This document shows, piece by piece, positions 1 to 14,220 of a stretch of 64,000 nucleotides of DNA. The stretch lies in contig OX597815.1 in NCBI GenBank assembly GCA_951406725.2, positions 122,078,001-122,142,000 on the forward strand, given 5' to 3'. The notes beneath the pieces are model-generated. The model saw only the letters and a program-made list of their open reading frames with translations, was not told the origin of the DNA and did no database searches. Every line of letters starts with the position of its first letter. Position 1 is the stretch's first letter. Origin of the DNA: Octopus vulgaris. Taxonomy: Eukaryota. Both the position numbers and the translations under genes were made by a program.

Positions 1-190
1 ATTTGTCTTTGTCCCTCATTCCTTGTCAAACAGTGTTGATTTGTTTACACCCCTGTAACTTAGTGGTTTGACAGAAGAGACTGGTATAATAAGTACTAGA
101 CTTAAAATAAGTTTTGGGGTTGATTTGCTCAACTAGATCCATCAAAGTGGTGCTCCAGGATGGCTGCAGTCCAGTGAGTGAAACAAGTCA
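1..190 (+). mobile_element. SINE family 1, 3' half (runs off window start)
   Basis: gctccaggatggctgcagtccagtgagtgaaacaag end motif. Confidence 0.75.
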
Positions 191-1209
191 AAAAATAAAT
201 GAAGCTCATAAAAAGAAATTTTGAAAAAAATTATTAGATTTAAGACATTAACTATAAAAATCAAAAATATTTAATTTTCTAATATATTGATGAAAATATT
301 TATGTAGTAGTTATTTTGAGATACAGTATATGTAGTTACATTTATATTCCAATGAAGAAATAAGTTGCTTCTTCTTTATTCATTGATGTAAAATTCTTCA
401 AAAAATGACGTCAAACAGCATTAGTCAAGAATTAAATTTACTTAAGGAAGTCCTACATTTTTAGTGGTTTCGAAAGAATATATTTCACCAAGAATACAAT
501 AATAAATAAAATGGTAGAGCAGAGAGTTGAGCTTATTTTTGTGATCTATACTAGGTGTTTCATTTTCACTAAATCTAAGATAAATTTATTTGAATGAACT
601 CAACTAGTAAAATATTTCACTATGTTATTTGGAGTCCAATTCCATCTTGGGCGGTCTAGAAAATTAAAAATGTTGTTTTAAGTAATATACATGCTGACTT
701 TTAAAAATTTTGATTTTTACGTCAACTTAGCTGCTCAAAAGAACATACATGCTGACTTTGAGAATTTTGATTCCTATATCAAGTTTGTTAATTTGATAAA
801 ACTACAATTCTGGTAAAATAACAAATTGGAAGTCTAACATGTACTAAGAAAATATTTGTTATAGAAATATATGCATGTTATTTGGGATTTTTGTTTGAAA
901 TCTCAGCTAAGAAGTCAATAATATTTCCCACCACAGATTATACTAACCAACTGTCATGATTTTTTTATTTCATTTTACTACAACAGAACTTATATTATTC
1001 ATATAGTTACTTTAGTCTACCTTGCTGTCTATATGACACACCATTGCATTATATGAATTAATAACAACACTACTTTCAACAAACATGTAATTAAGTCTTT
1101 GGAAATAAGAATCACCTAGACTCTCTCGTGCATGCACACACACACATGTACACTTTCGCATATACACACATACAGATATAAACATATGTATATATATATA
1201 TATATATAG

Positions 1210-1258
<49 letters not shown>

Positions 1259-1729
1259 CAGCTTATTCAATGAAGTATTCAGAGAAAAGGTGTAACACTA
1301 AAAAGTGTTTATATGATATGCAAAGCCATTAAGATTCCAAAATGTGTCAAAGTGTTAAATATTTACAACAAAGAGATAGAAAAAAATTATACAATGAATC
1401 TTGATGAAATACCTGAATAACAGAGCTTGTTATAGATGTAGATAAAAGAACCTTTATGTTTCTAACAGAATACCTCAAGTTGAATCATGAGAAACTGCTC
1501 CAGCAGGAATTTAATCTGACAGAAATACCTTCTGATATTTAAAGAAATAAAAGTATTTAAAACCACTGTTATTTAATTGTTATTGTTGCTTGAAAATTTG
1601 TGTTAAATATGTGACATTTTGAGATAAAACCAGATTTTGAGCATACTATACATGTCAGTGTCTCATTTTGTCAACAAGTTCATATACATGGGCTTTATCG
1701 TTGATCAAAAAACAAACTGCACCTAGGAA

Positions 1730-2090
1730 ACCAGGGGCAGACTTGATACTGGAAGATCAGCCCTGAGGTTACTCAATACAACATGAACAGACAAAAGTAT
1801 CAAGCTAAAACTTCTAAAACCTCAAGCCATGCTAGTAGCATTGTGTGAACATGAAACATTGCCCCTAAGTGTGGCTGACACCAAAGAGACTGAGGATGTT
1901 TCTGATGTTGTGCTACAGGTGAGTGTTGTAGATCAGTTGGGCAGCCCATAGAAATTCAGCCATGGAGGAGATGAGAATAGAATGAGAGATGGGGTGATGG
2001 TGATCAGACTTTAAAACTGCAATATTTGGGTCATGTTATAAGAACCCAGGACCTATGTGCTCACACCCTCAAGAGTTGGTTGCAGAAAAA
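1730..2090 (+). mobile_element. Old RTE-like LINE 3' fragment
   Basis: GC-richer patch with relics LRMFLMLCYR and LQYLGHVIR; highly degenerate. Confidence 0.45.
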
Positions 2091-3383
2091 TAGCAGTTTA
2101 CTTTGAGTTGCTATTTTTTGATTTTTTAAAATACCTTTATTTTTGGATTGGATTTTGTGTTTTCATTTCCTTTCGTGCAAACTGTCAAATTTATCCAGAA
2201 CACCTTGTATTTCTGGTGTGTTGACAGCATTTGACTTCATTACTATAATGTACAATAGATTTATTAGCCAGCACAGGGTGTTACAACTGAAAACAATATG
2301 TCTTATACATATGTTCATGAACAGAAAACAGGTAACAGATGTAGCATGTTTTGCTTCTTGTTGCCATTATCATCAGCTGGGTTTTTTCTGTCCATGAGCA
2401 TATTGTAAAGATATATGATTTACAATCTTTATAATCCACACAGTGCTGACTTTATAGATATGTTCTACTGTACATTATAACACTAAAATTTGTTAAGTTA
2501 TTCTTGTCTCACAATCAACAAAGATTTAAAATAGCTATGGACACTGCTTCTCAGTCTCAGACTAACAAATAAGAAAAGCAAATGTTTATATATCATTCTA
2601 TCAATTTATATTGGTCTTTATTCTAGACTAAACATATTTACTATGGCTATCCAAGACAGATTTGGTGTAGTGTTCTCTTACAGACATTTCTAACGTTATG
2701 GGAAGAGAATGCAGTATAATCTCTGGCACCAACTTAATCAAAGAGAGAATAAGGAAGCAATGCAGTGTATATTTTTTTGTTACAAACTCATGAAGTTCAT
2801 ATTTTATATGCTTCATCGAGTGTATTATGTATTGATAGCTTACATATTGACACAAGTTAATTAGTATATAACTACAATTTAATTCAATAATTAAATATGT
2901 AACTATAATCTGATATGCGAACATTTGGTAAATAATACATTTTAGAGTTTGCTGCCTCTCAGATGCATATGGTTATAATTATGCAACAATGCTTATTAAG
3001 CAAAGAAATAATTATTAACTCATTATATATTATAAGTGTGTGGTGGAATTTCAGATCATGCATTCTACTAACTTTCTACTTTATTTCATTTTTCATTTGA
3101 ACCCTGATATTTGTTAAGTATATTCGAAAGTATTTTTCAAAAGCAAAATCTTAATTTTTGAGGATTCAGAAAAGAATTTTGTGAAAAATGATAAACAGAT
3201 GTAGAACATATTCTATATAAAATGACAAATCAGTAAGGATATATATCAGCATTATGATTCAAAAACATGTAATTAGCTATAACTTTAGCAAATGTCACAC
3301 AAGAAGATTTTCTGTACAAATGAGAATGATTTACAGTTCCATAGATATAACCAAGATTGGCCAGATTATTATATATATATAGT

Positions 3384-3403
3384 AATAATAATAATAATAA
3401 TAA

Positions 3404-3434
<31 letters not shown>

Positions 3435-3652
3435 AAGAAGAAGAAGAAGAAGAAGAAGAAGAAGAAGAAGAAGAAGAAGAAGAAGAAGAAGAGGAGGAGG
3501 AGGAGGAGGAGGAGGAGGAGGAGGAGGAGGAGGAGGAGGAGGAGGAGGAGGAGGAGGAGGAGGAGGAGGAGGAGGAGGAGAAGAAGAAGAAGAAGAAGAA
3601 GAAGAAGAAGAAGAAGAAGAAGAAGAAGAAGAAGAAGAAGAAGAAGAAGAAG
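3384..3652. repeat. Compound microsatellite (TAA)n(GAA)n(GGA)n(GAA)n
   Basis: Direct reading; about 250 nt with purines only on the + strand. Confidence 0.98.
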
Positions 3653-3858
3653 ACAAAATCAAGGAAAATGAAATGAAGGAAAACTTTAGGTGGTATATCT
3701 CAAAAGAACCAAGTTAATGATGGAAAGGAGACTCAATGGAAAAAACAAAATTAGGGCAATGAACACATGGGCTGTTTCCTTAATGCAATATGGCACAGGT
3801 GTTGCTAGGTGGACAAATAACAAGCTTGAGGAAATGGGCATGAAAACTAGAAAAGTGT
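3650..3858 (+). mobile_element. R4/Dong-like (RLE-type) non-LTR RT fragment
   Basis: EDKIKENEMKENF followed by RLNGKNKIRAMNTWAVSLMQYGTGVARWTNNKLEEMGMKTRKV, resembling the LN..NK..AINTWAV...Y......WT..EL...D.KTRK post-YxDD region. Confidence 0.65.
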
Positions 3859-5189
3859 GCATTTAGTATATTTCTCAAAATATAATATGATGTTTACAAG
3901 CTGCATTGCATATATTACATATTTTATATTATATATTATATTAGGACAATGGTATAAATATTGTAATGTAAATTTCAAGCCATACAGTATTGTTTCTAAT
4001 TTTGACACAAGGCTGGCATCGACCCCAGTGCTCAACATGCACTTATTTTATCGATTCCAAAGGGATAAAAAGTAAAGTTACTCTTAGCAGGGTTAAATGT
4101 AACTGACTTACACCTGCACCCAAAATTGCTGGCCTTGTGCTAAAATTTGAAACCAATATTTTGCAAAGTGAAATAAAAGAAAAGAAAAGGAAAAGGGAAA
4201 ATGCTGGTTCTGAATCTCTGATGTACAAAATATAGAATGTGGAACTTTTTTCATGTTTTTTCTTTAAAACGGTATAACAAAACGGCAGCACAAAAAATTA
4301 TCTGAAATGTTACCACCAATTATTCTTAACATGTGATATTCTTAATATGTGATACAGCTGCAAATAACTTCTAAATTCCGTTTTAATCTTATATTACAAT
4401 ACTGCTATACAATGACATAATTCCTTTTTGTTTTTTTGTTTTTTTTTTGTATCAGACCACTGCTAAAAACTCTATATGGTATAGCTTCCAACCTCATATA
4501 CAATATAGCAGTATAGTTATAACCACTACTATATGAGAAGCTATATTATATAACTCTTAATTCCCTATATCAGAAGATAACTTTTGAAAGAAAAACCAAT
4601 CTTTAAAAAAAATAATGCTTATTTTTGAAAATGTTGGAATTTACAGATGTATCCAACCCATGTTACATATAGAGAGACCCAAACAGAATAAGGAATTTTA
4701 ACAAAATGTCACATAAAGCACTTTTTTTTTTTTGATCAAGAAAATATATTTTATATTTTACTTGAAATATAGTAGATGTGCTTAAATTCCAAGATTTTAA
4801 AAAACAAACATTTGATACAAAACTAGTAGATTTTATATTTATATATGAAAGCTAATTAAAGCATAAACATAGAACATATTATTTCAAGATAGTATGATAA
4901 GTTAGTAGACTTATCCATTAACCTAGACTGTTGGAGTTTACTAGTTCAGATATCTTTTGATATTTGCACTTCTTACTATGATGCTGTGTGTGGTCTGAAG
5001 TGTTTACATGCTAGTTGGCATGGCTAAAACACTGACTGAAAAAATATATTGTGCAAGATGTTAAAATTAGTGTCGGCCAAGATATGACCATCTGCTTTCA
5101 GTACACTGTTATTTTCTCGAGTTTCCTTTACAAAAGCTTGTTAATATTATTAGTATTCATTTAAATTTGATTTGGTAAAATCCCACTTC

Positions 5190-5190
5190 T

Positions 5191-5223
<33 letters not shown>

Positions 5224-5730
5224 GTCCTCATCATCATCGTTTAACATCTGCTTTCCATGCTAGCATTAGTTGGACCATTTGACTGAGGACTGGCAAACCA
5301 GATGGCTGCACCAGGCTCCAATCTGATCTGGCAGAATTTCTACAGCTGGATGCCCTTCCAAACACCAACCACTCCAAGAGTGTAATGGGTGTTTTTACGT
5401 ACCACTGGCAAGAGGGCTAGTCAGGCGGTACTGGCAACGGCCACGCTTGAATATTTATTCATGTGCCTGTAAGGCAACGCTGGTAACAATCACACTCGAA
5501 TGGTACTTTTTACATGCCACCGGCATGGAAACCAGTCAGCTGCTCTGGCAATGATCATGCTCAGATGGTGTTCTTAGTGCTCCACTAGCACGGATGTCAG
5601 TCATCAAATTTGATTTGATTTCGATTTCACTTGCCTCAACAGGTCTTCGCAAGCAGAGTTTAGTGTTCAATGAAGGAAAGATATGCATAAGTGGGTTGGT
5701 TACATCCCTGGCATAGGCCATGGGTTGTGG
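5190..5730 (-). mobile_element. Repeat family 3 (SINE or LINE 3' end with (GAT)n tail)
   Basis: (CAT)n-cgtttaacatctgctttccatgc...ggatgcccttcc. Homologous copies at about 39300-39520 (+), 50283-50505 (+) and 56300-56443 (-). Confidence 0.8.
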
Positions 5731-6599
5731 TCATATAAATCAATACTTTTACACAGAATTTCATTGTTGAAATACTTGCCTTAAATTATTTGTAGAATAT
5801 GCCAAGAAAATAATGATTGGTGGAATAAAAAAAATGAATACAATAAAAATATTTAATACTAGATCAACACCAGTTAAATATTCTAAAAGAATGACACTGC
5901 AGTGTATTGCAGACCTATTTAACACATACCAACAAGTAAAATAAAATGATAATGCTGCTGATGCTAATGATGATCACTATCAATTAAATTACTGTCTCTT
6001 TGTGCTATGTTTGGGATAATTAAGAATCCTATGTATATAATTGTCCCTTTTTAATAGTTTCTGCTCAGGTTTTCAATACCCCATGGGACACAGCTCATAT
6101 ACATATGAAAGGTATAATGAATGATCTCATTTCTATGTGTAGTTACTTTTCACACCATCTCCTCTCTATTGCACTTCTAGTATTCATATATAACTCTTTA
6201 CTCTCCAACCAATACTATTCATTTGTCTTTGCTGCCCATGTTTCACTTCCTTGTAACATTATACATCTCAACAACATTCAGCTACTTTATAACCTGTATA
6301 CTTAGCTGTTCATGATGACACTTTTACTACTGATATAAGTACAATATGGTATATTGTGTTTTATAATTAAACCTGATTTCTAGAACCAATCACACTTTTC
6401 TAAAAAATATCTATTGTTCTCCCCTCATTAAAAAGGTTGTCTCTTTGAAGATGAATATTTTTCATCTTACTATTGAAGTGAGAAGTTTGATCAAGTAATT
6501 CTTTTTTATGTTGGGTTAATGAATATAACGGAATTTCTCCAGTTACTCTGTAAAACATGGTTTTTATAGATTAAGCTTGCTTGTATGTGTTTACGATGG

Positions 6600-7075
6600 A
6601 AGTATGAATGTATGGGGAAGAATTTTACTTCCTAACCATGTGGTTTGGGGTTTAGTCCAACCATATGGTACCTTGACCAAATGTCTTCTATAACTCTGAA
6701 TCAAACAAATTTTTGTGAGTGGATTTAGTAGCTGGAAACAGCAAGCCCATTGTATGTGTGTGTGTGTTTGTGTGTGTGTGTGCGTGCGTGTGTGTGCGTG
6801 CGTGTGTGTGCTTATATAGATGTATGCATGAATGTGTGTGTATATATATATGTGTGTGTGTGTGTGTTTATGTCTTCTTGCTTTGACATCGTATGATAGT
6901 TGTAAACAAGTGTAACCATCATACAAATGATGTTATTCATTTCAAATCTTCCATGAAAACATGTCCAGTCATGAGGAAATTTTACCTTGCTTGGAAACAA
7001 GTGAAGGTTACTAACAAGAAGATCATTAAACCATAGAATATCTGCAGCAACAAATTCCATCTGATCCAAGTAAAG
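6600..7075 (+). mobile_element. SINE family 1-related copy with a different 3' half
   Basis: cctaaccatgtggtttggggtttagtcc head, tgtgagtggattt body, (TG)n core. Confidence 0.65.
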
Positions 7076-7527
7076 TACAGAAAAAAGGGTGTTAAAATGG
7101 CAATGATGGTGGCAGCAATGACTGTGATGATAATGATGGTGATGATGATGATGATGACTATCCCAGAATTTTATATCTTGAACTGTTGTAATGTAGCAGA
7201 ACTATGGAACAGAAGTAGTTATGCAAAGCAGTGTCTCGGGTTTCTAATGTCTTTTCCAAATAGGTGTAAAGTTATCTATTCAAAGTCAAGTCAGAGTGAG
7301 TCACTACTAAGAGTTCCTCATTCTTGACTCTCATGCAACAGGTAAATTAGTTTAAGATCTCTCAGAGAAAGAGACATAGGGGCAGCAATGCTCAAGCTTT
7401 TACAAGAGATATTTAATGTGAAATAGTTATAATTTAAAATCAAAATTGAATTACAAATTCAGATTGCTAGGTATTTATCTTTCTTTAATGGCTTTTGTCT
7501 TTAAAATACTGATGATCTTTTTATCTT

Positions 7528-7713
7528 TTACTTGTCACTGGGCTGCAGTCATACTCAGGCACCACCTTGAATGGTTTAGTCAAACAAATCAACCCATTAC
7601 TTACTCTTCTATAGCCTAGTATTTATCAGTCTCATAACTTTTGGATTGCTAAGTTATGAGACAAACACAAACACTAAGACACATAGATAGATAGTTAGAT
7701 ACATAGATAGATG

Positions 7714-7749
<36 letters not shown>

Positions 7750-8018
7750 CATACATACATACATACATACATACATACATACATACATACATACATGCAT
7801 ACATACATACATACATACATACATACATACATACATACATACATACATACATACAAAATGGGCTTCTTTTAGTTTCTATCTACCAAATCCACACATAAGG
7901 CTTTGGTTAGTCCAAGCCATGATAGAAAATGCTTGCCCAAGGTGCCCCATAGTGGGACTGAACCTGGAGCCACGTGGCTGGGAAACAAACCTCTTACCAC
8001 ACAGCCATGCCAGTGCCT
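7528..8018 (-). mobile_element. SINE family 1 with expanded (GATA)n(CATA)n core
   Basis: Family 1 flanks surround the tetranucleotide tract at 7684-7854. Confidence 0.8.
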
Positions 8019-10697
8019 AAATGATAATGTCTATATATTTTCAAGGAGGAATTATACAACATTTATAAGCTAACAACAATATCCATATGTTGTATTTTAT
8101 CTGAAACTTGCATATGACCAGCTGGATCAGGTCAGTAATAATTCAGTGTATTTGATAGAAACAGACCACACTGTCAGTGAAAGGATATGAACTGATAACC
8201 CTTCAGTTTGCAGACTAGCATTTCGTAGATTCAGTCATTTGTAACAGTCAAATAATCTGTATAACTAAAGTTAATTAGAGTGAGGAATGTAGGAATATTA
8301 TTTTTGGTTATATATAGTATTGAGATCAACAATGCATAACTAATAGGTTAATTAAGCCAGTGCTTCTATTACATTTAAAGTTGCTCTGAGTAATGTAAAT
8401 TAAATAACTGTAATATCAAGAATTATCTTTCAAAGCTGATAGGCTGTCAAAGAAATTTATAACATTGTAATAAATGCAAACTTTTATGATAATGATGGAA
8501 CTAATTAACATTAAAATGTAGAACTATAATTGTGACATTGCTAGACCTAGTTTGGAGGCAGTTCAGCACATAATAGTACCGTAAAACACTTACGAAAATA
8601 CAAAGGAATTTATTTCCTAAAAATTACATTTTATATTAATGAGCTTCGTATGAAAATTTAACATTGAAATATGGTCCCGTATTACTAAAAGAATTTGAAA
8701 TTAAAGCAAAATATATGGCCGTAATTAATATTAACAATAAGATATGTAGACATATTAAATCTGTCAAGAATATTCAATTTAACATATATATATATATAGA
8801 TATATATAGACATAGATATAAATGTATATAGAGCCAACATGAATAATCCTATTTTGAAGAATTTGGGAAACAGCCAATAATATTAAAATACTTTTGAACA
8901 CCATACAAGTTCTACTTTCTGCATATCTTTCTCTTGAATATAAAATTGTTCAACATTCTTAAGTGATGATGAGAAATCTTCAACAAGGAAATGAACTTCT
9001 TCCCTCTTATTAACACAAATAACATCTTATATTACTAAATTCAGCAGGTAGCAGTCTTCACTCTCACATCTTTTGTGTTGATTTCTCTTAATATTAATTT
9101 TGTATATTACAAGAACTTGATTTTCTACATAGCAAGGATTTCATTTGTCAGAATTCAAACTTTTATTCTGGTGACCATAACAAATATTCTTTTCTTAGTG
9201 ACATGCTGACTTCTCAGAAATTCTTTCCCTGGCCTTCTTTGTTCCATGTTTAAGATTCTTATATTCTCTACATATTTTCTAGCTAAATATAGGTTTTCTA
9301 TAATTACACCTAACCTCTAAATATTCTTATCCAACTGCTGAAATATCTAATTTTTCTATCCTTTCATTTCTACTCCTTAACATTTGACCAACAAATTGGT
9401 CTTGGCCTGACATGGATCATAACTTGATCCCAAAATAGTTTGCCTTTTGACTTACCTCAATGTCTATATACCTTAAATATTTCTGACTCCCAGCATTCAT
9501 AAGCTTTTATTACAGTATGAAAGTAAGCCCTTATGTAGAATACTCATTATCTTCTATGCTTCCTTTCAACTAACTACTTACTTACAGCATCTGTTTGAGA
9601 CATAAATCACTAGGCTATAGCTGAAGGTTACACTAGCAGCAAAATGTAAATAAATAAATAAAAAGGAAAAGAACACAGAAAAAAGAAGCTGAAACAGTGT
9701 CTTAAAAACAACAGAGAACAACAGAGAACAACAGAGACAAGTGAACGAGAATTGATTTTCAGACTTATCTATTTCTGCCATACACACATTAGGATGGCTG
9801 GGTGGAGTGGTGTGGGGATGTCATTAAATATGAAATCCTTTTAATAATGATGACGAAGATTATCTGTGGATTATGATGATGGTGATGATGATGTCTAAGA
9901 GAATAAAAGAATATGAAATAAAATATGAAGAGTTTCATACAAATATGTATGTCCAAAATAACAACAATCATCAAAAAAATAAAGAATATCCATTACTCTG
10001 AGATCCAAATCACTTTCATCATTAGAAAATATCTATGATCCTCAGGACTTGTAGTTGATTGAGAAATAGATAATTGGTAGAGCAAAATTAGTGGCTAGAG
10101 AAATTTTTTAAAGCATGTTTAAAGTTTTACAAACAAACTGACATAATCATAAATCATACATTTGTAAATTAATTATCTATAAGCATTTTATAGTTATTTT
10201 AATTCAGGTTGAAAATTGCATGCTGTGTATGATAACACTAAGCAGATTTTCCTTTCTACAAGCCAACAATAAAGGAGTAAGCATATTGGTTTGTTTTTCA
10301 GTTTGTATAAGGAGTGGAATTTTCTCATGACTCAGCTGTTATATTTGCTAGAAATCTACTATTATTACCAGAAAATTATGCAAAGAAATTATAGAAGTGA
10401 AACATTTTGTATAGTAAATAATGCTTTAAATGTAATAAAATATTGCACATATTTCCTTGCAAAATATGATGTTAGGATGAAATTTATGAAGCTCTATAGG
10501 AAACTTCAAACATATCTATTTTTGGTCCACTATAACATTAATGTAAACAAATATGCTGATTGATATGAGTGTTACAATGTGAGTATCCATTATATGATAA
10601 TTTTTGATTTTGTTAACTATATAAATATTTATTAAGTTTTTGTGTATATATATATATATATATACACACACACATATATACACACATATATATACAC

Positions 10698-10728
<31 letters not shown>

Positions 10729-10990
10729 TGTATGTATGTATGTATGATGTATGTATGTGCACTTACAAATATACATATATAAACTGGATGTAGTGAGAGG
10801 TTAAAATACATTAGCAGTAGAGTTAAAATTTAAATAATTTTTTATACAATTAAATTTTAGTTAGCTAGATGTTATTGAAAGTAATGACTTGAGATATTTA
10901 TACATTCCATATACATACATGTGTGTGTGTGTGTGCACTTACACACTTACATGTGTGTAAGTGTGTGAGTGTGTGTGTGCTAGTCTTCTT

Positions 10991-11031
<41 letters not shown>

Positions 11032-12204
11032 TTAAGTTTTGGCTAAAATCAAATTATATTTCTGAAACATACCAATTTTGATTGAAGCAAATAGAAAAAT
11101 AATCAGAAAAGTTAATAGAATATTAAATGAATAAACACATTAATAGAAATAACATTCGCTGAAAACTACAGTTGATTCAATACAAAATTGAAGAAGAATT
11201 TTAAAGATGGGAATTTAGTCATTTTTAAATTAATGACAATTGATTTTAATAATGTCAGAAGTTTACCAAAATTATATTTTACTGAAATAAACAGTAGTTT
11301 TAGTGAACCAAAACTAAAAAAAAAATAACGATAAAATAAATGGTAAACACAACAGGACTTCATGCAGATAACTTAGAAAGCAAACAGAAGGCAAAACATT
11401 TTCCAAGCAATTATAATACTGCAAATAAGATAACAAGTGTAGAAATAAAGAAAAGTAACAATAAAGAAAAAAAAAACAAGCATTAAAAGTTGAAAAATAA
11501 CTGTTTGCTTTCAACTTCGATCAATAGTATAACTCCACCTTTTGACAGTTTATATATTTAGTTGTACATCAAGCTTTAACTGAGGAAATTATTTTATGAT
11601 TTCTCATCATTTGTTGATAACATGCAATTTTCAGAAGGATTTTGTCATTATAGGAATGTTTACTTATATTCCACAATATATGATGAAATGTTATTAAGCC
11701 CCCTGCTAAGTACAACACAAACAATTTTATTATGAATTAAATTTAAGAGTTTCTCCTATGTCTGTAATTAAATTATAAAAATCCAGAAATGGTCATCTAG
11801 ACTCATTTAATTCTTAACCACAAAGAAAATCAAATCTATCAGTAAATGAATACATTTTGATAAAGCCATGGGTAAAGACAAGATAACAGTATATCTGATA
11901 CACTACAACAATAGCACTACCCTCCTGCTACTTCTGGAAATTTTCAATTGTCTTGCTCTATGATTCTTTGTTCTCCATAGTTGGAAGTGTTCCAGCTGAG
12001 ATTTTCTTTGCAAGAAAGTTCTCATCAATGGGAAGTATTCTCAGGAATTTTATCAATGCAAACTAGTCTATCCTCATCATCACCAGCACCACCAGTTCCA
12101 GCACCAGCACCAGCACCATCACCACAACAACAACAACAATGACCACTGCGACGACGACGATGACGATGATGATGATAACCACCATCTTCACAACCACCAC
12201 TACC

Positions 12205-12490
12205 CTATTAAGGTCGTGAGTTCTATTCTTGATGGCACATTGTGTTCTTCAGCAAGATGTTTCACTTCACATTGCTCCAGTCCACTCAGCTAGCAAAAAT
12301 GAGTAGTACCTGTAATTCAATGGGCCAGCATTGTCATGTTCTGTGTCACACTGAATTTTCCTGAGAATTATTTTAAGGGAATTCATGTCTGTGGAGTTCT
12401 CAGCCACTTGCACATTATTTTCATGAGCAGGTTGTTCCATTGATTGGATTAAATTGAATACACATTGTCATAACTGACAGAGTGTCAGTT
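12205..12490 (+). mobile_element. SINE family 2 copy
   Basis: Colinear with about 41708-41990. Confidence 0.8.
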
Positions 12491-13792
12491 CTTCCATAGG
12501 TTCTGACTCAAAAGAAATCAACACATTTTTATCCATTAATATGCTCATTAATATTTCCTGTCCCTACTAATACAGCCATTTCTTATATGTACAGTGGCTA
12601 GATCTTTAATACCTACAAGCTGGGGTTTTTTCCTCTTTGCTTGTTTATGTTATCTGACAGATCATAATCACACCTCAACTTTCACAGATCTTGAAGGTTC
12701 AATGTCTGTCTCACTGGTATATACTGTTACATTTCTTGCACGTTTAAAAAAAGTTTGCCTTTCTTATGAAGAAAAAATCCTTTGGTTGTCAACAGAAGTA
12801 AAAACTCCCAAAACTCCTCCCTTTATTTCCTTAGTATGCTTTTTCACAATCAACTATACTTTTTCACATCCAAGCCAGGAACTAATTAAGTCATGTAGGT
12901 ATAAACTATCAACTATGTCTAGTACACCCCTGAGAAATTGATGGCATTCATTTTCAAACTGTTCCTTTCATACTAACTGTTCTTGTTCATCTATCACAAC
13001 TGAAGTTGTAGTTCTTTGTCAGCCTGAAAAAAGTTCTACTGTCTCTTCTCTGCATCCATTACTTGTATCGCACATATAGTATTATTTATAAATATCTTGA
13101 TTGTTATCAAAACCATTATGGCTTTACAATAACTGACTGTTCCTTTGCCTGTATATGAAGCAGTTGTTTTTATTGTAGATTTTTTTTTTGTCATAAGAAA
13201 GAACTGTAAACAAAATTACTCTAAAAGAAATTCTAAATTATGAATGCATAGAAGTTTTGCATGTAAGAAGTAGCCATTCAAATCCTATATTTTAATCATA
13301 TTCATTTGCATGTATTTGCAGGAGTTATTTATGTCAATTTAAATCTTAATTAGGCGTAGCTTAATTATCTTGAAACTTATGATGAATTTAGATAAAAACT
13401 TTAACTTACAAGTATTAAAATTAAATTTTAAATAATTATACCTAGACTTTTATGAAAAGTAATATTAAATTCTGGGATACTGATATGCTGAAAACAACAA
13501 ATATCAGTGATGGAGTTTTAAAAGATTAAAAAAAAAACTGAGGTTTAGAATTATTGTTTTAACTTTAAAATAAAAACAAAACAAAGTTAGCTTTTAATGA
13601 ATGTGTTTTTAAGTTAGTATTAAATCGTTTAGCTAATTAAAAAAAAAAATGAAGTATTAAATTGTACTCAATAATTTTCATTGGTTTCAATTTATGAAAA
13701 TATAGTGAAAACTGTTAAATATTATGGTTATTGTTTAATGTAATGTTAACATATTTTGAAATAAAGATAATTTTTAATGTCGCTTTGTTGTC

Positions 13793-13970
13793 AGTGGCAT
13801 AGCATGGGTAGGAACGACAGGAGTAGTTGCCCTGGTTGCCAAATTCTCAGGGATGTAAAACTTTCAAAAGAAAGAAAAAATAAAGTAGTAATAATAAATA
13901 AAACAAAATAGTGCATTTTCCCTGCAATGTGTGTTATGTCCTAGGCACTGGCAACCCATGCTATGCCACT
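13793..13970. mobile_element. MITE with perfect 17-bp TIRs (hAT-like ends)
   Basis: agtggcatagcatgggt (13793-13809) and acccatgctatgccact (13954-13970); TSD not recognisable. Confidence 0.75.
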
Positions 13971-14220
13971 TCTTACAGAAACAGATTTTTTGAATGAGAA
14001 TCTTGTTTTTACTGGAAATGTTTTAAACAATATTATTTCCTTTTATACTGCAATATATCTGGAAAATATTTGTTTATTTTCTACAGATATGAGTCACAAA
14101 AATTTTTTTAAATAAGAAAATTTAACCTTTTAATATTCCCTTATAATAATAATAATAATAATAATAATAATTGTGTACAGTGCTCAGGTGCACTACAACT
14201 CATCTAAAGTGTATATATAA

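Noticed and set aside
3292-3717. ORFs with poly-R/G/E, poly-K/R and poly-S/P/L
   Set aside because: Products of the trinucleotide array; no splice or domain support apart from the adjacent RT relic.
12594-13070. Coding-looking patch and ORF 12594..12941
   Set aside because: No recognisable motif, stops in the minus frames examined, and no phase-compatible Ig exon.
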